A stretch of 64,000 bases of DNA, taken from Spirulina sp. (GTDB taxonomy: Bacteria; Cyanobacteriota; Cyanobacteriia; Phormidesmidales; Phormidesmidaceae). The stretch is from NCBI GenBank assembly GCA_044070495.1, contig JBIPSI010000020.1, positions 1 to 64,000 of the forward strand. Reading direction: 5' to 3'. Under the pieces are notes generated by a model that was not told the DNA's origin, did not search any database, and worked only from the letters and a program-made list of their open reading frames with translations. This document shows, in pieces, positions 39,903 through 51,566 of the stretch. The position numbers and the translations under genes were made by a program. Numbering within the stretch: position 1 is the first letter of the stretch; each line of letters begins with the position of its first letter.

Positions 39903-40418
39903 ATGTTTAGCACTCAACATCACTGGCTCACCCGCCTTTGGCAAAGTGTTTTGTTAAGTTTACTGATCAGCGGTGCAGGATTCGTTTTTGCGCCTGCTGT
40001 TGGGCCTGCCTTGGCCCTAACGAATGAGGAAATTGCCGCCCAAGTGGAGCACCTGCAACAATCCAACCAACGCTGGTTGCAGGTCGATTTATCTAGCCAG
40101 CGTTTGTATGCCTGGGAAGGTAACACGCCCGTCTATGCCGTTATTGTTTCCACTGGAAAGCCCTCAACGCCAACCGTTAGGGGCGTGTTTACGATTCAGT
40201 CTATGCATCGCACCGCCAGAATGCAAGGCGCAGATTATGACGTGCCCAATGTGCCATGGACGATGTATTTTCACCGGGGCTATGCCATCCATGGAGCCTA
40301 CTGGCACCACAATTTTGGTACTCCCGTGAGCCATGGTTGCGTGAATGTTGCCGTGGATCATGCCGAGTGGTTTTTCCACTGGTCGAGTATTGGCACCCCC
40401 GTTGTTGTCCAAGAATGA
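39903..40418 (+). CDS. L,D-transpeptidase (YkuD family)
   Basis: VDLSSQRL, VSTGK, AIHG...SHGCVN. Confidence 0.93.
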   Translation: MFSTQHHWLTRLWQSVLLSLLISGAGFVFAPAVGPALALTNEEIAAQVEHLQQSNQRWLQVDLSSQRLYAWEGNTPVYAVIVSTGKPSTPTVRGVFTIQSMHRTARMQGADYDVPNVPWTMYFHRGYAIHGAYWHHNFGTPVSHGCVNVAVDHAEWFFHWSSIGTPVVVQE

Positions 40419-40539
40419 AAGACGATTTCTAGGGTCTGGGTAGTCGTTGTCCTAGCTAGGTGTTGTTCGGCTATACATCAAGCATGTTGTTTGCATGACT
40501 TACGCTGTAGTCGTTCATTCTGCTACTCCTAAAAAAATA

Positions 40540-40770
40540 ATTTTGGGCATTTACCTTCATCGTCGTCCCTGCGATCAAAGGGATATTGTCTTGGCTGAGA
40601 GCAATGTGGGGATACTCAGTTGGTATCAGGCTTTGAGCATTGAGCATGGCACGAGAGGTGATGACGACTAACTGCCATCGTAACAACTCCAGCGGATACC
40701 AAACCAATGACACAGTAATGGTGTGGCCATCCATTAAATCGACGTTGATGGTGTCTTCTGTGAAGTGGAT
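40540..40770 (-). pseudogene. Chimeric remnant: DUF2442 N-terminal fragment plus DUF433-like fragment
   Basis: IHFTEDTINVDLMDG..VWYP matches 45449-45527; YPHI....PLIAGTTMKV resembles a DUF433 start. Confidence 0.6.
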
Positions 40771-40846
40771 AGAGATATACCGATGCTGCCTCATAGTCGA
40801 TTAAAATGGATTCAGAGATCAGAAAACCAGGCTAGATAATCATTAG

Positions 40847-41119
40847 GTGATGGAATTTGAGTTTGATGAGAACAAGAGCCGCTCAAACAAACTCAAGCAT
40901 GGCGTGGATTTTGTCGAAGCCCAGGTTCTCTGGCAAGATGATGACCGCATCGAAGTGCCTGCCCGTACCGCAGACGAGCCGCGATTGGTTATTGTAGGGA
41001 AAATTGGCTCAAAGGTATGGTCGGCAGTTGTAACCTAGCGAAACGGTAAGGTTCATATTATCTCAGTTCGGCGGGCACGGCAGCAAGAGGTAGAACTCTA
41101 TGAAGGCAGAAGTGTTTGA
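40847..41119 (+). pseudogene. BrnT-family toxin with an in-frame TAG at 41036-41038
   Basis: FEFDENKSRSNKLKHGVDF...WSAVVT*RNGKVHIISVRRAR; similarity continues past the stop. Confidence 0.85.
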
Positions 41120-41324
41120 CCAAAAGTTTGACGAGGACCAGGAGGACATTATCGACGACCTCGATCTATCTCAACTCAAACGCCCTGGTTACGAACAGCG
41201 AAGCATCGACATTGATTTCCCAATTTGGATGATTGAGGCATTGGATCGCGAGGCATTACGGCTAGGAGTAAGCCGACAATCCATTATTAAAGTGTGGATT
41301 GCTGAGCGACTGGAACACATTTAA
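41100..41324 (+). CDS. BrnA/CopG-like antitoxin
   Basis: FDQKFD, IDFPIWMIEALDREA..LGVSRQSIIKVWI. Confidence 0.85.
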   Translation: MKAEVFDQKFDEDQEDIIDDLDLSQLKRPGYEQRSIDIDFPIWMIEALDREALRLGVSRQSIIKVWIAERLEHI

Positions 41325-41329
41325 AAGAG

Positions 41330-41539
41330 ATGTCTTTTATGCAATATCAAGACATTATCACTATTGAACCGGGCAAGCGTGGCGGAAAGCCCTGTATTCG
41401 GGGGATGCGGATTACGGTTTATGATGTGTTGGAATATTTGGCATCGGGGATGACCTATGAGGAAATTCTGGATGATTTTCCCTACCTCACCCAGACCGAT
41501 ATTCTGGCCTGCCTGAGTTTTGCGGCCAACCGTGAATGA
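41330..41539 (+). CDS. DUF433 family protein
   Basis: GKRGGKPCIRGMRITVYDVL, EEILDDFPYL. Confidence 0.9.
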   Translation: MSFMQYQDIITIEPGKRGGKPCIRGMRITVYDVLEYLASGMTYEEILDDFPYLTQTDILACLSFAANRE

Positions 41540-41614
41540 ATGCCGTAGCCGCCGCCGCAAATTTCCCACTGGGCAAGCTGTTCGGGTGGAGCGTTTGAAT
41601 TTCAAGTGGCCTGG

Positions 41615-41920
41615 TCAAGCGGCTTGCTCATCTCGTACCGTGACCGAAAGCTTTAGCCCTAGGTCATGGAGTAGGGCTGATATTAAGTGAATGTTTGGCA
41701 TTTCGCCACGGGAAATGAGTTGATAGTAAGTCTCCCAACGGGCGTTAGAGGAATCTGAAGGGTGGCCTATGTCCCGTCGAGCTTCTGCAACATTCTTAAG
41801 CGCTAGCAGCATCGGTTCAATGTCGCCATCTTCTAGAACGGCATCCAAATAAGCGGCGGCCTCGGCTGGATCTTTCAGGGATTCGATTAAGTAGGTGTGA
41901 TAGCTCCTAGAAGCTTTCAT
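41615..41920 (-). CDS. Addiction-module antidote (HigA/HI1420-like)
   Basis: LKDPAEAAAYL, LALKNVAEAR, GEMPN...LGLKL. Confidence 0.8.
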   Translation of the reverse strand: MKASRSYHTYLIESLKDPAEAAAYLDAVLEDGDIEPMLLALKNVAEARRDIGHPSDSSNARWETYYQLISRGEMPNIHLISALLHDLGLKLSVTVRDEQAA

Positions 41921-41948
41921 CTTGCCTCCGTTGGAAATCTGTCCAGTA

Positions 41949-42260
41949 TTACTGAGCCTTCAAGATATCTTGCCTTTGGGTGCTTTTATCGCCGCCACAG
42001 AGCAGCAGGATAAGCGTACTACCAGTTTCGGCAAAGTAAACCCGGTAGCCAGGGCCATAGTCGATTTTTAGTTCTGATACCCCTTCGCCAACGGAGCGCA
42101 CATCTCCCAGGTTGCCTAGCTCAACTCGGGCGAGTCGTTTCTTGATTCTAGCTCTTGCCCTGATGTCGCGAAGACCATCTAGCCAGCTTACGAGCGGGCA
42201 ATGGCCATGCTCTGTTCCGTAGAGGATGAGTTCTCGTGGGGTGGCCTCCATGCCTGTCAT
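41949..42260 (-). pseudogene. RelE/HigB-like addiction-module toxin, probably shortened by a nonsense codon
   Basis: RVELGNLGD..SVGEGVSELKIDYGPGYRVY, LLCGGDKSTQ; frame continues KAQ*YWTDFQRRQDESF. Confidence 0.7.
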
Positions 42261-42401
42261 GGGCGGTGGGCTGGATTTGGCGGCGGTTGATGCTTAGCAT
42301 TTTAGCAAGGGACATATAGAGCGCCTGCTGGAGGAAAGAGCTAACCGCATCTAAAATTAGATGAGATAAACGCTAGTTTTAGACAAGCCCAAAAAGCAGC
42401 C

Positions 42402-42746
42402 ATGGTTCAAGATGTGCGCTACGTAACCGATGAATTAGGGGAGTGGGTGGCGGTTTTGCTAGATTTAGCCACCTATCAACGGCTCATGGCTACTCATAAT
42501 GACCCGGATCTACTGGTGGGGCTAAGCAACGATGCACTGCTTGCCTTGGCGGAAAGCGCCCTGTCCCTAGCGGCTCAAAGCCAACTCCAGGATTTACTGA
42601 GCCGCCATGCCGACAGAGAACTGTTAGGCGATGACTTAGCAACCCTCGATCATCTCTTGGCAAGGGTGGATGACCTCAACCTGCTCAAGGCTAAAGCCCG
42701 CTACACCCTGGATTATCAAAGCTACCTCCATCCCCTATCCCAATGA
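42402..42746 (+). CDS. Hypothetical antitoxin-like protein
   Basis: RYVTDE.GE.VAVLL N-terminus and LLKAKARYTL; TA context. Confidence 0.55.
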   Translation: MVQDVRYVTDELGEWVAVLLDLATYQRLMATHNDPDLLVGLSNDALLALAESALSLAAQSQLQDLLSRHADRELLGDDLATLDHLLARVDDLNLLKAKARYTLDYQSYLHPLSQ

Positions 42747-43003
42747 GTAAGCTCACTCTAGAAATTTCTAGCGACCTAGCCGAAGCCCTACGTTTGCCTG
42801 AGGATGAGCGTCTGTCTCGGCTTCAGCAAGAACTTGCGATTCGCCTTTACCAAAAAGGCTTATTATCCTTTGGTAAAGCCCGTGAATTGGCGGCTCTCAG
42901 CAAGTGGGATTTCCATGAACTGCTGAGTCAGGAAGGGATTGAACGCAGCTATGACGAGGAGGAACTGGAGGACGATCTTGCGACCCTGGAGGCTTTGGGT
43001 TGA
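42743..43003 (+). CDS. UPF0175 family antitoxin
   Basis: LAIRLYQKGLLSFGKARELA..SKWDF. Confidence 0.88.
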   Translation: MSKLTLEISSDLAEALRLPEDERLSRLQQELAIRLYQKGLLSFGKARELAALSKWDFHELLSQEGIERSYDEEELEDDLATLEALG

Positions 43004-43488
43004 AAGCGGTTTCTAATTCATCGGTGTTAATTGCCCTCAGCGCTATTCAGCAGCTTGATTTACTTCAGCAGCGGTTTCCAGACGGGATTTTGATTCCTCC
43101 TGCGGTGTGGCATGAGGTGGTCATCACGGGTGGCGGACGACCTGGCTCTCAAGCTGTAGCAACTGCGTCGTTTATTCAGGTTTGTTCTATCACCAATAGG
43201 CCGCTGGCCCAGGTTTTGCAGGCCGAGCTAGATTATGGCGAAGCTGAGGCGATTGCTCTGTTTCTGGAGAACCCCACCGATGCTTTGCTGCTAGATGAAA
43301 AAAGTGCGCGGCGAGTAGCCGCCAGAATGCGCTTGCCCGTGCTGGGAACGGTGGGGATTTTGATTTGGGCCAAACAGAATGGCCTAATTGCCAGCCTCAA
43401 GGAGCAATTAGATCGACTGACCAATCAGGGCGGTTTTCGCCTAGGGCAGCGAATTTACCATCGGGCCTTGCAGCAAGTAGGAGAATAG
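43000..43488 (+). CDS. DUF3368 PIN-domain protein
   Basis: VSNSSVLI, LDYGEAEAI, LLDE..ARR, GTVGIL. Confidence 0.88.
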   Translation: MKAVSNSSVLIALSAIQQLDLLQQRFPDGILIPPAVWHEVVITGGGRPGSQAVATASFIQVCSITNRPLAQVLQAELDYGEAEAIALFLENPTDALLLDEKSARRVAARMRLPVLGTVGILIWAKQNGLIASLKEQLDRLTNQGGFRLGQRIYHRALQQVGE

Positions 43489-43638
43489 GTTCTCTTATCT
43501 CGCTTTCGTTTCTGCGGCAGGGGCACCGCGCAGCATTCCTTCGGTACTGAGGTTTTCGCCTAGGGATTCCCAGCAGGAGAGGTGGATTGGTAATAGCTGT
43601 GGTATTCAAGTCTGTCTGGGTAGCTGTAGTTAGGTGGC

Positions 43639-43887
43639 TCAATAGCGCAGCCATTTGGTGAGCACACGCATGGGTCTGCCCGTTTTGGGGTCAATCTGAG
43701 GTTTACTCCAGGCTCTAGCTTCGGCAAAGCCCAGGCGATGGAGGATTTTGACCACCAAGTCGAGGCCAGTGGCGGAACCGATGATGGTAATGAGAATCGG
43801 TTCGCGACTGGGCTGGGTAGGCGCAGGGTCGCTGGGTGGAGCGCTGTAGATTTCGCTGTTGGGGATGAATTCTTCTGACATAAGCAC
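43639..43887 (-). CDS. Small hypothetical cyanobacterial protein
   Basis: REP....IGS......LHRLGFAE...WS pattern; divergent from the XRE gene. Confidence 0.6.
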   Translation of the reverse strand: MLMSEEFIPNSEIYSAPPSDPAPTQPSREPILITIIGSATGLDLVVKILHRLGFAEARAWSKPQIDPKTGRPMRVLTKWLRY

Positions 43888-43896
43888 ACCAGGTCA

Positions 43897-43952
43897 ATGT
43901 AGTCACAAGTGTGACATTAGCACAGGCGCGATGTATCCACAAGTGTGACATT
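43897..43952. promoter_or_regulatory. Paired operator-like sites (CACAAGTGTGACATT x2)
   Basis: 22-bp near-identical repeats at 43897-43918 and 43931-43952; the first contains the palindrome GTCACA-AG-TGTGAC. Confidence 0.65.
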
Positions 43953-43985
43953 TACCTTCGCGTGCGGCTCTGACAAGATTAGGGC

Positions 43986-44234
43986 ATGGGAAGGGCAAGC
44001 GACGCACTGAAGCAGGTTTTAGACACCTACAGCATTAGCCAGAACAAGCTGGCGGTGACGATGGGCATTAGTCGCGCCAATGTGGGGCGCTGGTACCATG
44101 GGCTTGACCCCAGTGCTGAAAACATTGCTCAGATTACCCAGGCACTTAAAACCCTGAACCCCCTGGCGGCTAAGGAGTTTGTTAAGCTCTATCTAGGTAA
44201 CCTTGTCGAAGATGACCAGGCTAGCGAGTCATAG
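43986..44234 (+). CDS. XRE-family HTH regulator
   Basis: ISQNKLAVTMGISRANVGRWY.G.DP. Confidence 0.88.
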   Translation: MGRASDALKQVLDTYSISQNKLAVTMGISRANVGRWYHGLDPSAENIAQITQALKTLNPLAAKEFVKLYLGNLVEDDQASES

Positions 44235-44380
44235 GTGATGGGCTTTTGGATGAATCTCTATGAAGGCAACAGCGTTTGACCAAAAGTTTGACGAGGGCCA
44301 AGAGGACATTATCGATGACCTCGACTTATCTCAACTCAAACGCCCTGGGTACGAACAGCGGCGCATTGATTTCCCAATTT
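44235..44380 (+). pseudogene. Deleted second copy of the BrnT/BrnA module
   Basis: 44260-44380 is a near-copy of 41100-41227 (MKATAFDQKFDEGQEDIIDDLDLSQLKRPGYEQR), truncated. Confidence 0.75.
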
Positions 44381-44407
44381 TAGATACTAAGCTCAAAGAT
44401 AAAGCCG

Positions 44408-44656
44408 ATGACTCAACTCAGTGCTCTAGAAATACCTGATGCCCTCTATACCCAAATTCAGGGTATGGCCTTGTCTCAGTCTCGCTCTATGAACGAGCAA
44501 ATTGTGGCACTACTTCAGCGGGCGCTAGACATTGAAGCCCAGCGGCATAGCCAAGCAAAAATCTTACAAGAGATTCATCAAGCACGATGGACACCTCCTG
44601 AAATCGTCCCCGACAGCGTAACCCTTTTACGAGAAATTCGGGGATACGATGAGTGA
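44408..44656 (+). CDS. Ribbon-helix-helix (Arc/FitA-like) antitoxin
   Basis: IPDALY..I...A....RSMNEQIV..L, DSVTLLREIR; overlaps the PIN gene. Confidence 0.75.
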   Translation: MTQLSALEIPDALYTQIQGMALSQSRSMNEQIVALLQRALDIEAQRHSQAKILQEIHQARWTPPEIVPDSVTLLREIRGYDE

Positions 44657-45083
44657 CCCCACCCGCTGCGTGGTTGATGCTAGCGTTGCTATTAAGCTTT
44701 TCATCGAGCAAGAAGGATCGGCCCAAGCCGAAGCGCTCTTTGACCAACTCAGTACCCAACCAGGCACCGAGTTGTATGTACCGGATCTGTTTTTTGCTGA
44801 ATGTGCCAATGTGCTCTGGCAGTATGTGCGCCGGGTCAACTACCCGCCGGATAAAGCAAAAGCAAGTTTGGCTCGGCTGAAGACGTTGTCTTTGCAGACG
44901 GTCGCTATTCAAGACGTTGTCAGTGAAGCGTTAGAGATTGCGATTACCCACAACATTTCAGCCTATGATGCCTGCTATGTTGAATTATCTGAACGCTTGC
45001 AGTTGCCTCTAGTGACCGCCGATCAGAAATTGATTCGTGCGCTTGCAGGTACGAATTACCAAATTCAAAACTTGATGGATTGA
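44649..45083 (+). CDS. vapC: VapC-family PIN toxin
   Basis: VVDASVAIK, ECAN, SAYDACY, LVTAD. Confidence 0.88.
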   Translation: MSDPTRCVVDASVAIKLFIEQEGSAQAEALFDQLSTQPGTELYVPDLFFAECANVLWQYVRRVNYPPDKAKASLARLKTLSLQTVAIQDVVSEALEIAITHNISAYDACYVELSERLQLPLVTADQKLIRALAGTNYQIQNLMD

Positions 45084-45298
45084 AATCGAGAATATTTTTT
45101 CGGCTGAGGGCAATACGCTCGAATATCTTCTGATCCCAGTGTTAGCAAAGCCAGAGTCTCCCCCGACTCAGCCACAAATTCTACTTCAAAAGCTTGTCTG
45201 TCCGCGTAGCAATGAACAATCGCACCCCGACTACCCTTCGATAAGCCATGCTCAGGTATATCGTGGGTCAGCATAACGACATCGAGTTCTTTAATCAT
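45065..45298 (-). CDS. DUF4926 family protein
   Basis: ELDVV.L..DIPEHGL..G..GAIV, FEVEF. Confidence 0.85.
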   Translation of the reverse strand: MIKELDVVMLTHDIPEHGLSKGSRGAIVHCYADRQAFEVEFVAESGETLALLTLGSEDIRAYCPQPKKYSRFQSIKF

Positions 45299-45302
45299 GT
45301 CG

Positions 45303-45540
45303 TCACCTTGTTCTTGCTTCTGGGGAAGGTGCGCCACGCAGCATTCCTTCGGTACTGAGGTCTTCGTCGAGGGATTCCCAATGAATGCCGTAGCCGCCGC
45401 TGCAAATTTCCCACTGGGCAAGCTGTTCGGGTGGGGCATTCAACAGACGCGGATACCAAACCAGCGGCACGGTAACGGTGCGGCCATCCATTAAATCAAC
45501 GCTGATGGTGTCTTCTGCGAAGTGGATATCTTTGACCGTA
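45303..45540 (-). pseudogene. DUF2442 family gene with no evident N-terminal start
   Basis: VKDIHFAEDTISVDLMDGRTVTVPLVWYPRL...GIHWESLDEDLS. Confidence 0.75.
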
Positions 45541-45995
45541 ATAATTCACTCCCCTCCTGGCTAAATCGCTATAACCTTTTATCTCTCATTCAAAGGTAGG
45601 GGTGGTGTGAACAGTTGCCTTTAGCGTCCTTTACCCTTTACCCGCTTACTGGAAGATACAACTTTAATAGCCTGCCTTATAAGACTTCCAAGCAAGATAC
45701 CAAAAAAGGGGAAGTGTGATAGGCCATAATGGAAGAATTACTCCGAGAATCAAGAATATAACAGTCCTGAATTTAACAGTATTTGCTTGTTCCGCAGCCA
45801 TAGTGACTCCTCCTGCATCAGCCTACATTAGCTAAACATGTTTCAATTTTCAACAATCTATGACGCAATCATTGAATTGACAAAGAGCATATCTAAGACT
45901 AACCCAAGCCAAGAGATATGAATCTGCGCATTATTGAAATTTAAATCAAGTAAAGTCCTATTAGATTATACTATCTAAATGTTCTCTCAAGTCGT

Positions 45996-46718
45996 TTAGC
46001 GAGATTTAAACCACAAAATCCCCCTCTTTACTCCTGCATTAACGTCATCTAATATACTTTTAACATCCTTCACTGTATTAAACAGGCCATTGCCAATTGA
46101 ATCGCCAATATCACCAATATCTTCTATCACCTTTTGCTCTCGCCTAAAAATAGTGTAGTCGGATGAGCCTGGAAGCATTCTAAAATTAGCCTCATACAAT
46201 GCGGTACAGCTTTCTGCATAAGGCAAAAGATTATATACTTCTTCTCCCTTCCTTAAAGAGTTCAGCGCATCTTGACCAGCAGTTGTAGTCGCAGTAAATA
46301 GAGATGTGTAAGTTGAAATATTTTTGTGCCATTCTAAATTACTACCTTGTGAAAACCCCTGCGATTGGTTTGGCTTCTGAATGACTTGGCTGATGATTTC
46401 CCCTGCGGCTGTCTTTGCTATTACAATTGTTCCTTTGGCGATTTCCGCTCTCCACTTACGTGCCTGCTCAACTCTGGCCTTGAAAGTGGTGCTTATCGGC
46501 AGAGAAAGCTCGCCTTCAATGAGAAGATAATCATGAATATTAGCGAATTTAGCTTTTGCAGCAGAACCATGAAACTCTTGTTCAGTTTCAACTATCCAGA
46601 CTTTTTCGTTTTTCTTTAAATCCTCTTCTGAAAGAAGCTTTACCCAACAACTCGGACAAAATAAAAGTCCTTCCCAGACCCTTTGATTGCAATTTTCGCA
46701 ACGAATTCGATTTTCCAC
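45996..46718 (-). CDS. Hypothetical protein with an N-terminal zinc ribbon
   Basis: CENC-x10-CPSC; AT-rich; no family recognised. Confidence 0.6.
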   Translation of the reverse strand: MENRIRCENCNQRVWEGLLFCPSCWVKLLSEEDLKKNEKVWIVETEQEFHGSAAKAKFANIHDYLLIEGELSLPISTTFKARVEQARKWRAEIAKGTIVIAKTAAGEIISQVIQKPNQSQGFSQGSNLEWHKNISTYTSLFTATTTAGQDALNSLRKGEEVYNLLPYAESCTALYEANFRMLPGSSDYTIFRREQKVIEDIGDIGDSIGNGLFNTVKDVKSILDDVNAGVKRGILWFKSR

Positions 46719-46757
46719 CCTAAGTATCCTCCTGAAAATAAGTCAAACTCAAAAAGT

Positions 46758-47465
46758 CTATTTTGAAGTGAGAACAAGTTTTAGCACCTCCTCGAGATGT
46801 TCTAGACCGCAACCAATAGGACTACCCGCCCATTCAACTAGGGCACTAACTCGATCTGCCTGTGGAGATGTCGCAGAAGGAATATTTCCAGAGGGTACCT
46901 CTAGTCCAAACACAACTCGATTAAATTGAGGTGGCGGTAAACTAGAAAGTATTTGATAGAGTTGACTTAGCTTATTAAAGCGCTCAAGCTTTCGTTTCTT
47001 GTCAAGATATGCACAAGCTGCTGGATCCCCAAGTTCTGCAAGCAGGATTAGCTTCAGTTCTTCAGTGTCAAGTCCCAAGTTTTCAAGTACTCGATTTGCC
47101 ACTCCTTCTCCATCTCGGATAATTGCCAGCAACAAATGCTCAGTTCCTTGATAACCATGACCAAGCTTTCTTGACTCTTCCAATGCAAACTCTAAGATTC
47201 TCTTTGCCCTTGGGGTAAATGGAATTTCTTCTGCTACAGCGTCATTTCCAAATCCAATAATTTGCTCTACCTGGACTCGAGAATTATGCCAGTTAACACC
47301 ATATGAATTTAGTATCTTGGCAGCAATCCCACTTCCTTCACCAATGAGTCCAACCAAAATTTGTTCAGAGCCAACAAAATTATGTTTTAGACGACGGGAC
47401 TCTTGTTGAGCAATCATAATCGCCTTGATTGATTCATTAGTAAAATGTTCAAACATCATTCTCAA
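46758..47465 (-). CDS. Clp N-terminal repeat domain fused to a small helical adaptor-like domain, no ATPase
   Basis: [49 protein letters not shown]. Confidence 0.8.
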   Translation of the reverse strand: MRMMFEHFTNESIKAIMIAQQESRRLKHNFVGSEQILVGLIGEGSGIAAKILNSYGVNWHNSRVQVEQIIGFGNDAVAEEIPFTPRAKRILEFALEESRKLGHGYQGTEHLLLAIIRDGEGVANRVLENLGLDTEELKLILLAELGDPAACAYLDKKRKLERFNKLSQLYQILSSLPPPQFNRVVFGLEVPSGNIPSATSPQADRVSALVEWAGSPIGCGLEHLEEVLKLVLTSK

Positions 47466-47942
47466 CTGGGGGATCTTCCGGGGTCAGGGGGATAAGACAA
47501 GCTAATGTCTAGGCACAGCAAAGCTTTCAGCAGGCTCAATACAAACACTACGTATCGAATGATACGGTTTTAACCGCAGATCCGGCAGAACCTAACTAAC
47601 TGGCCCTGTGCAGTAAATGAGGAAGTTTTTATTTTTATAGTAATGTTACACACATATTATCACATCTAATTTCCACAGAAATTAGAGCAAATCCTTGATT
47701 ACAACCCTTACTTATCCTATAGACAAGAATCGATCAGTCAAACAGGGACTGCTAAATTCTAGCTTAGCAAAAGGGATAGACGCAAACGCCTATCCCCCCT
47801 TGGGATTTCGAGTTTGTATGCCTCGCCCGTTAAGTCAGTGAGGCTCAGCCATGAGATGCACCTAGCGCCCATCGGTCTAGAGCAGCATGCTTAAGCGGGA
47901 AGCGCTGCTTGCCAAAGGTAGGTGCTCATGAAAATTACGTGT

Positions 47943-49875
<1,933 letters not shown>

Positions 49876-49980
49876 AGATCCTCGTGGGCGGGGTTCGCCA
49901 ATCTCTAGTTCAGAGATGGATTAAACCAGAAAACCGTACCGGGAGTCAGTGATATACCAGTGATTTGCTAGGGAGATTCG

Positions 49981-50328
49981 CTATAAATCAGAGCCATCGG
50001 ACAGTAGGGGATGATCTTCGTTGGCTTCGATGGTGGTCGTTTCTTCGCCGTTGTCCAAAATCATCTCTGGGTCGAAATTGAGACCCAACACCTGTACCAG
50101 GGCGTCTTCATCAGAGTTGAGCTGATAGAAGGGCACCATCAGGTTCGAGAGCTTTGGCTCTAGGGCATTGACCACCCCCAAAATCAGGAAAGAGGACGGT
50201 CGGCGGCCCCCATCGGGCGTACGGACAGAGGTTTGCTGCATTTGGATGGTCAACCAGCCGCGATTGGCTTGCACATAGTCCAACCACTTCTGGCGGATGA
50301 CCTGGGTAAAGTTCTCAAAAAAGGCCAT
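49981..50328 (-). CDS. DUF5331 family protein, second paralog
   Basis: KWLDY...NRGW, RRPSSFLILG, VLGLNFDP. Confidence 0.85.
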   Translation of the reverse strand: MAFFENFTQVIRQKWLDYVQANRGWLTIQMQQTSVRTPDGGRRPSSFLILGVVNALEPKLSNLMVPFYQLNSDEDALVQVLGLNFDPEMILDNGEETTTIEANEDHPLLSDGSDL

Positions 50329-50428
50329 AATCCTGCCTCGTTTGCTAAGTTGAATGGCTGCGTACCGATGATAATGCAGCCCTTCCAAATCAGAACTTTA
50401 TCCGGTGAGATCTTTGCAGCGGGGGGGA

Positions 50429-50528
50429 TGCCCTCACCCTAAATCCCTCTCCCAAGCTGGGAGAGGGACTTTGAAATTGTCTTCCGGCTCCCCTCTCCTC
50501 CCTGGGAGAGGGGCTGGGGGTGAGGGCC
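50429..50528. repeat. Repeat family A core copy; another at about 58895-58990
   Basis: CCCTCACCCTAAATCCCTCTCCC...GGGAGAGGGGCTGGGGGTGAGGG. Confidence 0.75.
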
Positions 50529-50535
50529 GATAGGA

Positions 50536-51417
50536 TCAAACCATCATCAGATCCAGCTCCTCCACCTCCTGCTTGGGGGCATCGGCGGGGGGATTGAGGT
50601 AGAAGTCCGACAGCAGGCTGAATAGGTCGCGGTCGGGGGTTTCGGTGGGTACTACGCCTTCGGGACGGGCCAGGATTTGGTCGGCGATGTTGAGGTAGTA
50701 CTGGCAGACGGGTTCCAGGGCGGGATCGGTTTCCGCCATTTCAAACACCGTCTTACCCTTCACGCGGGAGATGCGGATGTCTTCAATCAGCGGCAGAATC
50801 TCCAGCACGGGCATGGGCACATGCTCGACGTACTTGTCGATCAAATCCCGCTTGGAGGTGCGGTTGCCGATCAAGCCTGCCAGCCGCAGGGGGTGAGTAC
50901 GGGCCTTCTCGCGTACCGAAGCCGCAATACGATTGGCGGCAAACAGGGCATCAAAGCCGTTGTCGGTGACGATCATGCAGTAGTCGGAATAATTCAACGG
51001 GGCCGCAAACCCACCGCAAACCACGTCGCCCAGCACGTCAAACAAAATCACGTCAAACTCGTCGAAGGCGTTCAGTTCCTTCAGCAGCTTCACGGTTTCG
51101 CCCACCACATAGCCACCGCAGCCTGCCCCCGCCGGAGGCCCACCCGCTTCCACGCAATGCACGCCGCCATAACCCTTGTAGATCACATCCTCCGCCCACA
51201 CGTTCTCGTAATGGAAATCTTTTTCTTGCAGCGTGTCGATGATGGTGGGAATCAGAAACCCGGTGAGGGTAAAGGTGCTGTCGTGCTTGGGGTCGCAGCC
51301 AATTTGCAACACCTTGCGACCCCGCTTAGCCAGGGCCACGGAAATATTGCAACTGGTGGTGGACTTGCCAATGCCCCCTTTTCCATAAACAGCGAGCTTG
51401 AGTGTCTGGTTGTCCAT
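50536..51417 (-). CDS. chlL: Light-independent protochlorophyllide reductase iron-sulfur ATP-binding subunit
   Basis: [36 protein letters not shown]; the upstream ORF extension is repeat-derived. Confidence 0.98.
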   Translation of the reverse strand: MDNQTLKLAVYGKGGIGKSTTSCNISVALAKRGRKVLQIGCDPKHDSTFTLTGFLIPTIIDTLQEKDFHYENVWAEDVIYKGYGGVHCVEAGGPPAGAGCGGYVVGETVKLLKELNAFDEFDVILFDVLGDVVCGGFAAPLNYSDYCMIVTDNGFDALFAANRIAASVREKARTHPLRLAGLIGNRTSKRDLIDKYVEHVPMPVLEILPLIEDIRISRVKGKTVFEMAETDPALEPVCQYYLNIADQILARPEGVVPTETPDRDLFSLLSDFYLNPPADAPKQEVEELDLMMV

Positions 51418-51454
51418 AGGGATGACGCGATGTAGGTAGGGCAAACGAGAAGTG

Positions 51455-51566
51455 GGATCCCCCCTAGCCCCCCTTGTTAAGGGGGGAACTGGAGTCAAAC
51501 TCCCTTTTTGGGAAGGGGGAATCAGAGTCAAAGTCCCCCTTCCCAAGGGGGATTTAGGGGGATCAA
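51455..51566. repeat. Dispersed palindromic repeat (GATCCCCC...GGGGGATC type)
   Basis: Nested CCCCC/GGGGG hairpins ending GGGGGATTTAGGGGGATC. Confidence 0.65.
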
